In this document: piece by piece, positions 1-12,235 of the stretch
Numbering within the stretch: the stretch's first letter is position 1
How the letters are laid out: each line of letters begins with the position of its first letter
Assembly (NCBI RefSeq): GCF_018977255.1
Contig: NW_024704742.1
Span: 135,844,001-135,908,000, forward strand
Source: Callorhinchus milii
Lineage: Eukaryota
Length of the DNA stretch: 64,000 nucleotides
Direction: 5' to 3'
The notes under the pieces: generated by a model
The model's database searches: none
What the model was told of the DNA's origin: nothing
The model's input: only the letters and a program-made list of their open reading frames with translations
Position numbers and translations under genes: made by a program

Positions 1-1264
1 TGGCAGCCAGTTTGCACACAGTGAATAACCAATTTTATTTGGGGGATTATTGGCCAGCCCGGGAGACAGAAACTCCTTTCTCTTTTCGAATAGTGCCGTG
101 AGATTTTTAACGTCCAAACAGACGGGACTTTGGTGTAACGTCTCATCCAAAGCACGGCATCTCTGACAATGCAACACACCCCAGCTCTGTGTGAGAGTGT
201 CAGCTTAGACTATGTGACTCTAGGTCCTGGGCTTGAACCCACAATCTTCTGACTCAGAGTGAGAGTGTTACCACTGAGACAGTCTGATACGTCAATACCT
301 CTGCGACCCAAGTCTCCATCTGTTTCTATTGTAAACATCCCAATTGATCCCACCACTACAACTCTCTATGTGAAGAAATGCTTCCTCATCTCAATCATAA
401 TAGTTATTATTATTTATTATTATAGACTCACGTGGTTCTGATTCTGTGCCCTTGACCAGAGGAAGTGGAGTCCACTGTCCAACTGAGACTTGAAGGTCAG
501 AAAGGCCTCTCCCCAAAGTTTCAAATCCTACGAAACCTTAGGCAAGTTTCCTTACTCCACACACATCTGTTTACCTAGCAGTGACTAGGAACGCCAGTGA
601 TAGTCGATTGTCGGATCGTTTTCCGGGGATAATAATTCACATGAAAAGCGGTGACCAATTTGCACTCAGCTACGTTCCTGCAAAACAGCCATGGAGTGAG
701 TGACTTATTGATCTTTCACTTTCGCCTGTCTGTCTATCTGTCTGTCCGTCCATCCGTCCCCATCCGTACGTCCATCTGTCTCTATCCCCAGCTTTGCATC
801 AGGCCACTGTTAAGCTCTCCGAGACGCTGCCCAGCATAAAAGGCGCAATATAAATGCACGTTGTCGTTCTCTCTCCCTTTGTCTTGCTGTCTCTGTCTCT
901 AATCATATTGTGTGTATTTCTGCATTCATCGGCTGTAATTACCTTGTATCAATCCCACTTCCCTCCGTCTGCCAGTTCAGGGAATTCAAGTGAAGCGAAC
1001 CTTCCCCTCCACCTCAGGAGGCATGGCTTTGGCAGGTCGAGCTTGTTCCCTGAGATAGCTGTGAGCAGTGCCCCCAGTCACAATCATACACTTTACACTC
1101 CAGCTGCACAGCTCAGCTTTACAGTTCCTGTGGAGTTCGGTAGCTCAGTGGTTAGAGCGCTCGAGAGGAGCCGAGAGTGAACTGTGAACTTTCCTTTTAA
1201 CATTGATTTAAAAGCCTCTCAAGTCTCTCTTCGAGCCATCTTCTCTGAGTGCTATGCGGTTTTT

Positions 1265-1486
1265 AGCTGGTTAGACTCCAGCAGTTACCCCAGTGCAGAC
1301 TCTGGGGTCCTCCAAGCCTTGGCTCTTGCCAACCTGCGCCTAATACTCTCCGGAATTAGATAAACAGAATGCGTCCCTCCAGGGAGAGAGAGAAAGAGTG
1401 CATTCCATTCCAACAATCTCTCTCTTGGTTTGGATACTCTTAAGCACAGTGATGGGTTTCCGCCTGTGTCAGACACCCGGCTGACC
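1265..1486 (+). repeat. Unclassified structured interspersed repeat (copy 1 of 6)
   Basis: agctggttagactcc...ccaagccttggctcttgccaacc...gtgtcagacacccggctgacc followed by an A tract. Confidence 0.85.
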
Positions 1487-2577
1487 GAAAAAAACCGGGC
1501 CAGCCTTGCTCAGTAGCTCACGCTCTCGATGCTGGGTCAGCAGGTTGTGGGATCCCCCCATGTTGGGACTTTAAATTCACACAGTCCAGGCTTACGTTCC
1601 ATTACAGTAGTACTGGGGTGGGAGTGGGGAGAGCCACTAGATTGTCAGAGTTGACGCCTTCTGATGCGACGTTAAACCTCTCTCCGCCTGTTCAGGTGGA
1701 CTTTAATGATGCCACTATTTCAAAATAGAAGCGCGTTTCTCCCCTTGTTCTGGTCGACAACGTACCAGACAAAAATTTAATTAAACAAATAATAATTTGG
1801 TCACTCAATCTACGGCAATTGGTGGGAAACTGCCGGACGCAATTGTTACAGTGTTATACCCACAAAATACACAGTCAATTCACTTTACAGTCAAATCCTG
1901 TGATATGAAAATGCTATTAATCTTATGTTTCTCCCACAAAATATACATGTCAATCCATTTTACCACAATGTGATAAGGCGCTATAACAAATGCAAGGATT
2001 ATTATTATAATAATAATAGACTAATCCGTGCATTTGATATAGCATCTTATCATGTCTTTGAGATGTCTCTAAGCGCTTCACAGTATATTACTGTAAAGCG
2101 AATTGACCGTATATTTTGTGGGCAAACACGGCAGCCAATTGCCCACATCCGTGTCCCACAAACAGTCATGGATTGAGTGACCAATTTATTATAATTATTA
2201 TAACCTCCTCTGTGCCACTCCTTTCTTCTCGCTCCCCCCAGATTCCTCTCTCACTCTCACCTTTCTTCGAGACCCAATTCATTTCCCGTGTCGCTGAGTG
2301 GAACAACAATGCAGTCTTACTGAAATGCATATTGACTCGCGGCAATAATCTGGAGACGAATCTGTCAGCTGTTGTGCTGTAAAGAGCAGTAGAAAGTGCC
2401 TGGCAGATCAATGCAAGGCAATGCCACCAGTCATGGAGCACTTAATCTCTGTCTATACACTGACTGATTCCCTTAATTACGGTTTTTATAAGCGTTGCTT
2501 CCAGTTAAGGCTGGGCAAGCATTCCACCTCAGGACGCAACCCTTCCTCCACCTCAGCTCAGCCTCAGTCCCTGTTGG

Positions 2578-3560
2578 ATTAAAGCAATGACTTTAACGCA
2601 GTTATGGGTTTAACCTCTCCACAAATGGTTTCTCCTCTAGCCCCCGAACCGTTTTGTGCAGCATTCCTCAGGGCTCTGCCCTTGGTCCCCTCCTCTTCAA
2701 CATCTATATGCTCCCTCTTGACATCATCCGCAGACATGGGGCCAACTTCCACATGTATGCGGATGACACCCACCCAACTTTACCTCTCTGCCTCTGCCCT
2801 TGACTCCAGGACCACTGCTGTGCTGACAGAATGTCTATCAGACATCAAGTCCTGGATGAGAGGTAACTTTCTTCAGTTGAACATCAACAAGACCGAGGCT
2901 CTCCTGATTGTTTTTTGTCAGCGCCTCCACATCTCAGGCGCTGACAGTATCACCTTCCATGGTTGCACACTCCACCTCACTAAGCCAGTCCGGAACCTTG
3001 GAGTCTTGATTGACCCTCAACTATCCTTTCTACCCCACATCCGTAACACTACCCGCTCTTCCTTCCCCCACCTCCGCGACATCGCCCGGCTCCGCAATTG
3101 TCGCACACTGCAGACTGCAGAGACCTTCATACACACAATCATAACATCCAGGCTCGATTACGCAAACTCCCTACTTGTCGGCCTCCCCAACTCCTCCCTC
3201 CACAGGCTGCAGATCATCCAGAACTCTGCAGCAAGTGTCCTCTCCTGCTCCAGACTCTATGACCCTATTATCCCCATCCTCAGCTGACTCAACTGACTTT
3301 TCATCACACAGGGAGTCCAGTTCAAGATCCTGGATTTTCAAAGTCCACCATGGCTTCCCCCGCCCAGCGGGCTCCGGCCTGATTCGCATCTCCCGCCTCG
3401 CCCGCCCCACCATTGTCGAACAGGCCTTCAGCCACTCTACCACCACCCTCTGGAACTCCATCCCGCAATCCCTCCGCTTTGCCCAAACCCACCACCACCC
3501 CCTTTCTTGCCTCCTTCAAGACCCGTCTCAACACCCTCCTCTTCAGGCACAGGAGTGACC
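2578..3560 (+). mobile_element. L2-clade LINE fragment (C-terminal RT region), degenerate
   Basis: Frameshifted [14 protein letters not shown] and HMYADD motifs, then LSDIKSWMRGNFLQLNINKTEALL, VRNLGV, SRLDYANSLLVGLP, LQIIQNSAA. Confidence 0.9.
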
Positions 3561-6193
3561 TTGGTTTAATCTCTAACCCAAAGACAGCACCTCTAACGAT
3601 GCAGCATTATCTCCCATCCCCACAGCGCTGGGCTGGAGCTTCAGGTTGGACTGTGGCTGTGTTGTGCACAAGTTGTATGTTAATCCAGTAGATGGAACTC
3701 TTGGGGAAGGGATATTTTGCAGTGCCTTCTGACAAGATGAGAACGTGATCAGAATGGGACGAGGCAGGCAAAGCAGAATGATAAAGAAAGCAGGGAGTTC
3801 TCTGTGAACAAAGGGATCTTGTTCTTCATTTGTACACAGAATCCAATTTCAGACGCACAATTCCTGGTGGGTGTAGACTCAAAGCACTGCACTGCCCTTC
3901 ATTCAGCACTGAATCCGCAATCTCATTCAACAAGAGACATGAGGATAATTAAAGGGGAGGTGAGAAGAAATGTTATCACGTCCAGAGCTGTTACAACACA
4001 AATGCTTTGTCACGCACAAAAAATGCTGAGACTGTAACAACGTTTAAAATGGGGCTTGGATCAATGTTTATTGAAGAGGAATCTTTTAACAGGGTATGGG
4101 GGGGAGGGAGAAGAGATGAGATAGACCAGGTGATTGGTATTTTCAGTGCACTGTTCACACTGCTCTGCGCAATTGTCTACCAAGTTTCGCCCATAAAATA
4201 CACAGTCAGTCCACTTTACAATACATTCTGTGAAGAGCTTTGAGACATCTCAACGCCATGATATGTCAAATGCAAGGATTAATATTATTATTATTAATAA
4301 TGCAGTGGGACAGCAAAGCCAATGCAGGCTTGGTGGGCCTCCTTCTATGCAAGGATTGGTGTCCTGTAGCGTATTGGTTAGAGCACTCACCTCGCAGATG
4401 AAAGGACCCGGGTTTAATTCCTGGGCAGGCGAAATGTAAGGCAACTTTCCTTATTCCACACGCCTCTGTTTTCCTAACAGTAAGTAGGAACCGGATTGTT
4501 AGTCGATTGGTGGATGGTTTTCCGGGGTTAACAATTACTTCCAAAAAATAAGTAAAACATAATAATTTGGTTACTCAATCCACTACCGTTTGTAGAACAC
4601 TGATGTGCAGTAAGCAGTAAATATATAATGTTTACGAATACAGGCTGCTCGAGCTAAGATTTTATTGGATCCAATCAGTCAACAATCAAAATGTTTGCAG
4701 AGCTAAGCTCCTTAAATGAATGAAACACGCTGGAAATTGGTCCAAAAGCTCTTCCGAAAGAAGCTGCACCTCTGGTTATTTATAACTCAGTTTCAATTGC
4801 AGACGGATTAAGGTTTACGTACTCCTCAATCCACTGCCTGCTGCGTCCACTCGACTGGCTCTGACCTCCTGCATGTCGCTCGTGCCCTCTGCTCCACCGT
4901 TGGTGGACCCACTTCCCACAACGACAACAAATTACATTTGTACGGCGCCTTTCACGTCTGGAGGACGTCCCAAGGTGCTGGACAGTCAGGGATCCGCACC
5001 CGAGATGGTGGTTGGGATCAGGAAGGGTGAAGGGCGGGGAGGGAGGGTGACCAAAGGAATGGTCGAAGAGGAGGTCACTACACCTCAACACTTTGTAATT
5101 CTCTGCTCAATCCTTCCACCTTGCTCTCTCTCTCCTTCCCCATGTTCAGGTTGCCCTTGAAGACCTTTTCTTTGATCGTGTTTATGGTTATCTCCTCCCA
5201 GTTCAGCGTCATGCTCCACCACTGTCAAGCGCTCTGAGACGCTATCCTGTCTGAGGGGCGCTATATACATGCAAGTTGTTGTTGTTGTTACTAGATTTTG
5301 CTGCTCTTAAAGGGACAATATTATTAATAATACTAATCCTTGCATTTGATATAGCGCCTTATCACGTCGTTGAGACATCTCAAAGTGATTCAGAAGATAC
5401 CGTAAAGTGAAGTGATTGTATATTTTGTGTGAGAAACACATGATTAATACTATTCTCAGTCTCACAGGTTTTTGGAGGATTACCCACTGAAAACAATCTG
5501 CCAATCGACTAACAACCATGTTCCTACTGACCGCTAGGAAAACAGAGGAGTGTGGAGTGAGGAAACTTGTCTAAAGCTCTGCGTTGTCCTGGAATCAAAC
5601 CCAGTTCCTCTCGTTTGTGAGGGGAGTGCTCAAACCAATGTGCTACAGAACTCCTCCCGAGATGGAGAACGGGAGAGACGGGGGTTATAAATCGCTAACA
5701 TGAATCATCGAGCCTCGGGAGGAGGTATGAGGGTGAGGGAGGGTCTCTAAACCATTGGCTACAAGTTGTTGTAGTTGATACTTTTCCTGTAAGGATCATA
5801 AGGAATTTTTGCCTATTAGTCACTCTCCACTGGACCAAGACTGTTACATCAATCATAGTGTAGCCTCCGGCAGGTTACTACAGATGAAGTCTACTGGTGT
5901 CACCTTCAGACTGGAGGGGATAGGGGTGGGGGGGTGGGGGGGGTTGGGGGTGGGGGGTCTCGCTTAGAGTGCCTTGGGTATCCCAGCCTAAATACATTTG
6001 GAATTAAATGGTTCATCTTAAAGGGACAGGCCTTTAATAGCCTTTAATAATACCTTCAAAGTCAACAGTTACTACACTTCACAGTGCTTCCTCCCAGACA
6101 TCCTGTCACCTTATTAAAGATTATGAAGGGATTTCATAAGGTGGCCATTAATGGGCTGATTCCATTTATTGGTGAGTCCCAAACGCGAGGGTG

Positions 6194-6568
6194 TAATAAT
6201 AATAATAATAATCCTTGCATTTGATATAGCACTTTTCACGTCTTCTCGACTTCTCAAAGCGCTTCACAGAATATTCCGTAAAGTGAATTGACTGTATATT
6301 TGTGGACGAAACACGGCAGCTAATTGCGGACAGCAGCGTCCCACAAACAGCCGTGGATCGAGTGAGTGACCACATTGTTATTTTTTTTGAAGGATGATTA
6401 TCCCCGGAAAAGAGATCCGCCAATCGACCTACAACCAGGTTCCTACTTACTGCCAGGTAAACAGAGGCGTGTGGAGTAAGGAAACTTGCCTAACATTTCG
6501 CCCTGCCTGGGAATCGAACCTGAGTCTCTCGCTTGGGGGTGAGTGCTCTAACCACTGAGCTACAGGAC
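6194..6568 (-). mobile_element. tRNA-derived SINE, family A (full length)
   Basis: Head with A box (tagctcagtgg) and B box (ggttcgattcc); central gggacgctgctg...caattagctgccg Deu-like block; tail ...tatatcaaatgcaaggattattatt. Confidence 0.9.
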
Positions 6569-9500
6569 TGTACAGTGCTCTCGGTAGAACACACCTGGAT
6601 TACTGCGTCCAGCTCGAATCAGGTCACGCCTGATTAAAAGAAACTTAACCAACCTGTGCGTGAAAATATCTCTCCCAATCTCTCTATTTATTACCTATTT
6701 TAAATTGAGGCCCTCTAGTCACTGACTCACTTACCAGTGGGTATAATGTCTCCCTATTGACTCTATCCAAACTCCTTATCATTTTGAATGTGGAACTCAC
6801 AGTTTGGTTTGGATATCACGGTGATGTGTTTCCGAGTGTGTGTGGCTCAGCTCCTGAACCATCGAGGCATTCACAGAGGCTTGACTCATGTCACCTTGGC
6901 GCCTGTTCTGGCCTGTTTCTGTACTTATACATTTTTAATAGATCTTTGTAGGATGTCTCCAAGCGCTTCACCGGATTTACTGTAAAGTGCAGTCACTACT
7001 TATTTGTATCCAAACAAAGCAGCTGCACAAAGCAACGTCTCACACTCTGCCAAGGAGCGAGTGACCAATTTTATTTGGGGAATTGTCGGCCAGAAAACTC
7101 CCTTCTCTTTTCCAACAGCGCCTACAAAGATCTACAGAGAACGTATATTACTGATTTTTTTTACGTCCACATGAACAGACATAAACGGGACTGCGGTTTA
7201 ACGTCTCAATTGAAGGACAGCGTCTCGGACAACGCCACACACCCCCATCGCTGCATTGGACTGTGATTTCGAAGTCCTGACGTGGGAGCTTGAACCCACG
7301 ATTTTCTGACTCTGAAGTGAGAGTGCTACCGACTGAGCCAGGCTGACACGCATGTTAAATGTCAAATGTCCCGCAGACCAAGACTGGGCGGAATTCGAGG
7401 CTGTGATATGGCCCTCCCTTCCCCCCTCCCCACCCAGCGTGTTGTTGGCCTTTGTGTCTGATTGTGGGCTGGTTGCTGGAGTCTGTATATGGGTCTGATC
7501 ATTGCCAAGCTGCATTTTGCTCCGCAAATTAATTGCAGGCAATGAACAACAGCACTCAAGTGGAAAATCAGTGATGAAACCAACAATTACAGACACCGTT
7601 TCCCCAGCACTTGGCTTATCCTTACCCAAGACTCCACACCACACGAGATGCGTCATCAACCACAACCACCACGACAACAAATTGCATTTACACGCCGGTT
7701 TTGACAGCGGGAAGACATCCCAAAGCGCTTGTCAACGAGGGGTTTGCACCCCAGCTGCGGGATGCGATCAGAGAAGGTTGGAGGGCAAAGTGGTGGGGGA
7801 AAGGGAAGATCACGGTTCAAAAGGAAAGGTCTTGAGATGGGCATTTCGCCTGCACCCTTCACATACGATCACGTCTCAATATGTTACCTCTTTGCCCGTG
7901 CTTTCGGCCATCTTTCCTTCTTCCCAGCAAGCCTGCCGACCACTATACCGCGGCTTTCACGGGTTTCCGTACATGTGCCAGATACCTGGCTGAACCCCCC
8001 CACCCACCCAAAAGAATAAAATTTGCCTCTAAATTTAAGGTGGGGGGAGAATGGGAGAAATTTCAGCTTTAATTTGGGAAGCTGTTTTCTTTTTCTAAAA
8101 GAAACTCCGAAAGAAAAACAGGTTCCGAACTGAGGCCGGGAATAGGAATTGTCCACTTAAATGTGAAGTTTCCGATCGAATGGTTCCGGCCTCCTGTTTG
8201 TCCCTCATACCCTCCGTGCCACCGTCGGTAGCTGAGCTTTCGGCCAATATACCACGAAACTCTGGAACTCCCTCCCTCCGACTTGCCCCTTCCCCGTCTT
8301 CAGATCGCTTCGAAAGACCTTCCTCTTCGACCGCACCTACGGTCACCTCCCCCTCGTGTCATGCTCCGTCACTGTCAAGAGTGGCGCCATATAAGTGCAA
8401 ATGGTTGTTGTTGTTGTTGTTGTTGAAGACATATGGTGTCAGAGGCTCAGCCTAGGATGTGAGCGTTGTGAGTACTTATTTATTATTGCAGAAATACAGC
8501 AAAAAATCAATGGGGAGAAGATTAATTCCCATTAGCTTGTGCGTGGATTCATATACACAGTGAGGCTGATGTAAGCTAAGTGTTGTGGTTATAATAATAA
8601 TAATAATAATAATCCTTTCATTTGACTTAGCGCTTTATCACATCGTTGCGTTCCAACGTCTCAAAGCGCTTCACAGAATATATTGTAAAGTGGATGTATT
8701 TAGGTATTGTTTTGGAGGGATTATTCCCCCGGATCCACTAATCGACTAACAACGAGGGTTCTACTTACTGTTAGGTAAAAAGAGGCTATTAATCTGCCTG
8801 CCCACTGCGCTCTCTGGCTTCCTCTGAGATTGGTCGGGCAATTGCTCAGCTCAGGCTGTTTATTAACCCCATTGCTTAATGGTCTCATTTTTCCTCGGTC
8901 TGTACTCAGCCAGTGAACACTGAGAGACTTTGCCCCATCAGTCAACATCGCTGCCAGCCTGACCCTGAGAGAGGAATTCAAAGAACTTTAACATGTAATT
9001 GTACCTCTCCGGCTTGGCTATTCAAAATCCAATTTCTTTTTAAAATACATTACTTTTCATTTCAACCCAGCTTAGCTGGCGTCTATCTGCAGATGAAACC
9101 GAGACTTATTTTTTGATTGGAACTTTAGATAGAGTATAAATAAGATCTTCTGATACTTAAACCTGCACTACCCTAGGGAAAGCCCATCAGCTCATGCCTG
9201 CTTCAATCCTAAACCCCCCCACCCAACCCCCCTTCCCCCCATCACACCCGGACCTGTAGCGTATTGGTTAGAGAACTCGCCTCCCAGCGGGGCAAAACCT
9301 TAGGAAGGTTTCCTTACTCCACATGCCTCTGTTTACTTAGCAGCAGTAAGTAGGAACTGGGTTGACTATATGACTGTACGGGGTAATAACACATCAGCCC
9401 ATAAAATGAAATCACTCAGTCCATGACTGTTTGTGGGACACTGCTGTGCACAATTGGCTGCCGCACTTCACCCACAAAGTATACAGTCAATTCACTTTAC

Positions 9501-10609
9501 AGTATATTCTGTGAAGTGCTTTGAGACGTCTCGAAGACGTGATTAGGCCCTACATCAAATGCAACTATTATTAATTTATCGATATCCAGTCAACACAAGT
9601 CTGACGATCTTTGGAGCTTGAAGTAACGCGGTAATAAATCCCTCAGCTTCTGAGTGAAACACCAAGATACCAAGTCAATTATTAGAGGAAAGTTCCAACT
9701 GAATGGCAGACACTGCAACTTGTCAGCAGTTTTCTGCCCTCAGCCTTCTGTGATTGTAAGTGATTCTACGTTACAGGTCCGGGTGTGGTGGGGGGGAGGG
9801 GGGTTGGGTGGGGGAGTTGAGGATTGAAGCAGGCATGAGCTGATGGACTTTAGTCCCTCTACCCACCGCCCTCTGGAACTCATCTTAAGCCCCTCTGCCT
9901 CGCCCCCCCTTGCCTCTTTCAAGTCCCATCTCAAGACCATCCTCTTTGACCGCGCCTTCAGTCACCCTCTATACCTACCCTCCCTGCCCTCCACCCCTCC
10001 TGATCCCAACCCCCAGCTCAAGTGCAAACTCTTGACTGTCCAGTGCCTTGGTACGTCCTCCCAATCTGAAAGGCGCTGTACAAATGGAATGTGTTGTTGT
10101 TGTTGGAGTCAATACCTTCCGAATTAATATTTTGCCCTTGCGTTAAAAAGGCTGTGGGTTCGAGCCCTTCACCGGAACATGAGCCCACAGTCCAGGCTGA
10201 CTCTGCTGGGGGAGTGATCTGGTATTGGAGGTGCCGTCCTTCGGGTGAGATGTTAAACCTCTGGACCTGTTGAGATGGATGTTAAAGATCCCATAGCCTT
10301 GTTGGTAAAGAGAAGGGAGTTCCTCCCGGTTTCCTGGTTGACAATTTTGCAGATAAATTACTTCACTTATTCCACGATATTGCTGTGTGCGAAGTGGCTG
10401 CTGTGTTTGCCTTGATGGGATAAGGCACTATATCATGCAAGGCAAACAGAGGCTTGATAGTCACAACACTTGACACCAATTGTTTGTGATGTGGGTTTCC
10501 ACTATCTGGACATTTTAGTACTAAACGTGAGGATTAATATTAGTCTCAATGACACACTATGCCTTTGGAGGGTCTATGTTTCAGGGGCCCTGGCAAACAA
10601 ATGCTCCCA

Positions 10610-10683
10610 CATATAAACACAGACACATAAACACACACGCATACACACATACACACACACACATACACAAGATACATACATAC

Positions 10684-10754
<71 letters not shown>

Positions 10755-10785
10755 TACATATACAAAAACACACGTGCACACACAC
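10610..10785. repeat. Compound microsatellite: imperfect (CA)n flanking a perfect (GACA)n run
   Basis: Perfect GACA run at ~10688-10754. Confidence 0.95.
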
Positions 10786-11854
10786 AATAATAATCCTTGC
10801 ATTTGCTATAACATCTTATCATATCTTCGAGACGTCACAAAGCACTTCACAAAATATACAGTAAAGTGAAATGACTGTATTTTGTGGGTGAAATACATAC
10901 ACACATATACACACACACACTGTTCATACTTACCAACTTACCATTGGTTCTGACAGTGGAGTCAGCAAATTATTCCCCTCTGTTATGTGGATGGGTCAGA
11001 TCAATAATATCAGTGTTTAGGTAGTCAGCTTATCACTGTTATTTCACAGGAATAGATCATATTCCAGGAAAGATCTAGGGAAAGATGTGCTTTATCATTC
11101 CGGGTTCAATTCCCAGGCGGGGCGAAACCTTAGACAAGTTTCCTTACTCCACAAGCCTCTGTTTGCCTTACATTTGATATAGCGCCTTATCCCATCATTG
11201 AGACGTCTTAAAGCGCTTCATAGAATATAATATAAAGTGGATTGCCCGTGTATTTTGTGGGCAAAAGGCGGCAGCCAATTGTGCACAGCAGTGTCCCAAA
11301 AGAATGGTGGATTGAGTGACCGAAATATTATTCTTCAAAAAAGTGTTTTGAAGTGATTATTAACCCTGCACAAAGCGATCCGCCAAGCAATTAACAACCG
11401 GGTTCCTACTTACTGCAATCGAACCCAGAACTCTCTAACACATCACCCCAATGTGGGGGTCTTGACCCCGCAAACTTCTGACCCAGAGGTGAGAGCGTGA
11501 GCGACTGAGCCAGACTGACAGCCGTAAAGCAGGGGTATGCCAACAACCCGAGTCTTTGGGAACAAAGCCGTTGACTGATTTTCTCATTTGAAGCGTGTCA
11601 TCTTGTTTTGAAGCATTGCCGTTTATGGCACCAGGAGTAAAGCAGGTCATTTATTGCCAGCCTGGGGTATGTTTCACTCGTTTTAGAAATGACGTCTACG
11701 AGGGCTGATTCATAAGCGTTTGCACCGACAATAGGTTCGAGCTTAAAAGACCCGCGTCAATCTTCCCAGCTTCAAGGTCAAAGGCACTGCAATATTTGCT
11801 GTCGCCTCTTTGTCAGAGCAGATGTTGAGTTGCTCCTCTGATCTGAAAATTCTG

Positions 11855-12235
11855 AGTCCTGTAGCGTAGTGGTTAGAGCACTCGCCTCGCAATTGAAAGG
11901 ATCTGGGTTCAATTCCCTGGCAAGGCATAAGCTAAGGCATAAGTTTGCCCACTCCACACACCTCTGTTTACCTAGTGATAACTAGGAACCCGGTTGTTAG
12001 TCAATTGGCGGATCGATTTCCACGGGTAATAATCCATTCCCCAAGAATTAATAAATAAAATTGGTCATTCAATCCACGACTGTTTGTGGGACACTGCTGT
12101 GCGCAAATGACTGCCTTATTTTGCCCACAAACATACATACAGTCAATTCACTTCACAGTATATTCTGTGAAGCACTTTGAGACCTCACAACGACGTGTGA
12201 TAAGGCGCTATGTCAAATGCGAGGATTATGATTAT
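11855..12235 (+). mobile_element. SINE family A (full length)
   Basis: gtcctgtagcgtagtggttagagc head through gtcaaatgcgaggattatgattatt tail. Confidence 0.9.

Noticed and set aside
2604..3287. 227-aa ORF, the longest in the track
   Set aside because: Frameshifted L2 reverse-transcriptase remnant, not a host gene.
10546..10869. Overlapping ORFs with repeating peptides (also 23931-24467, 53599-54053, 54350-54902)
   Set aside because: Translations of microsatellite and low-complexity DNA.
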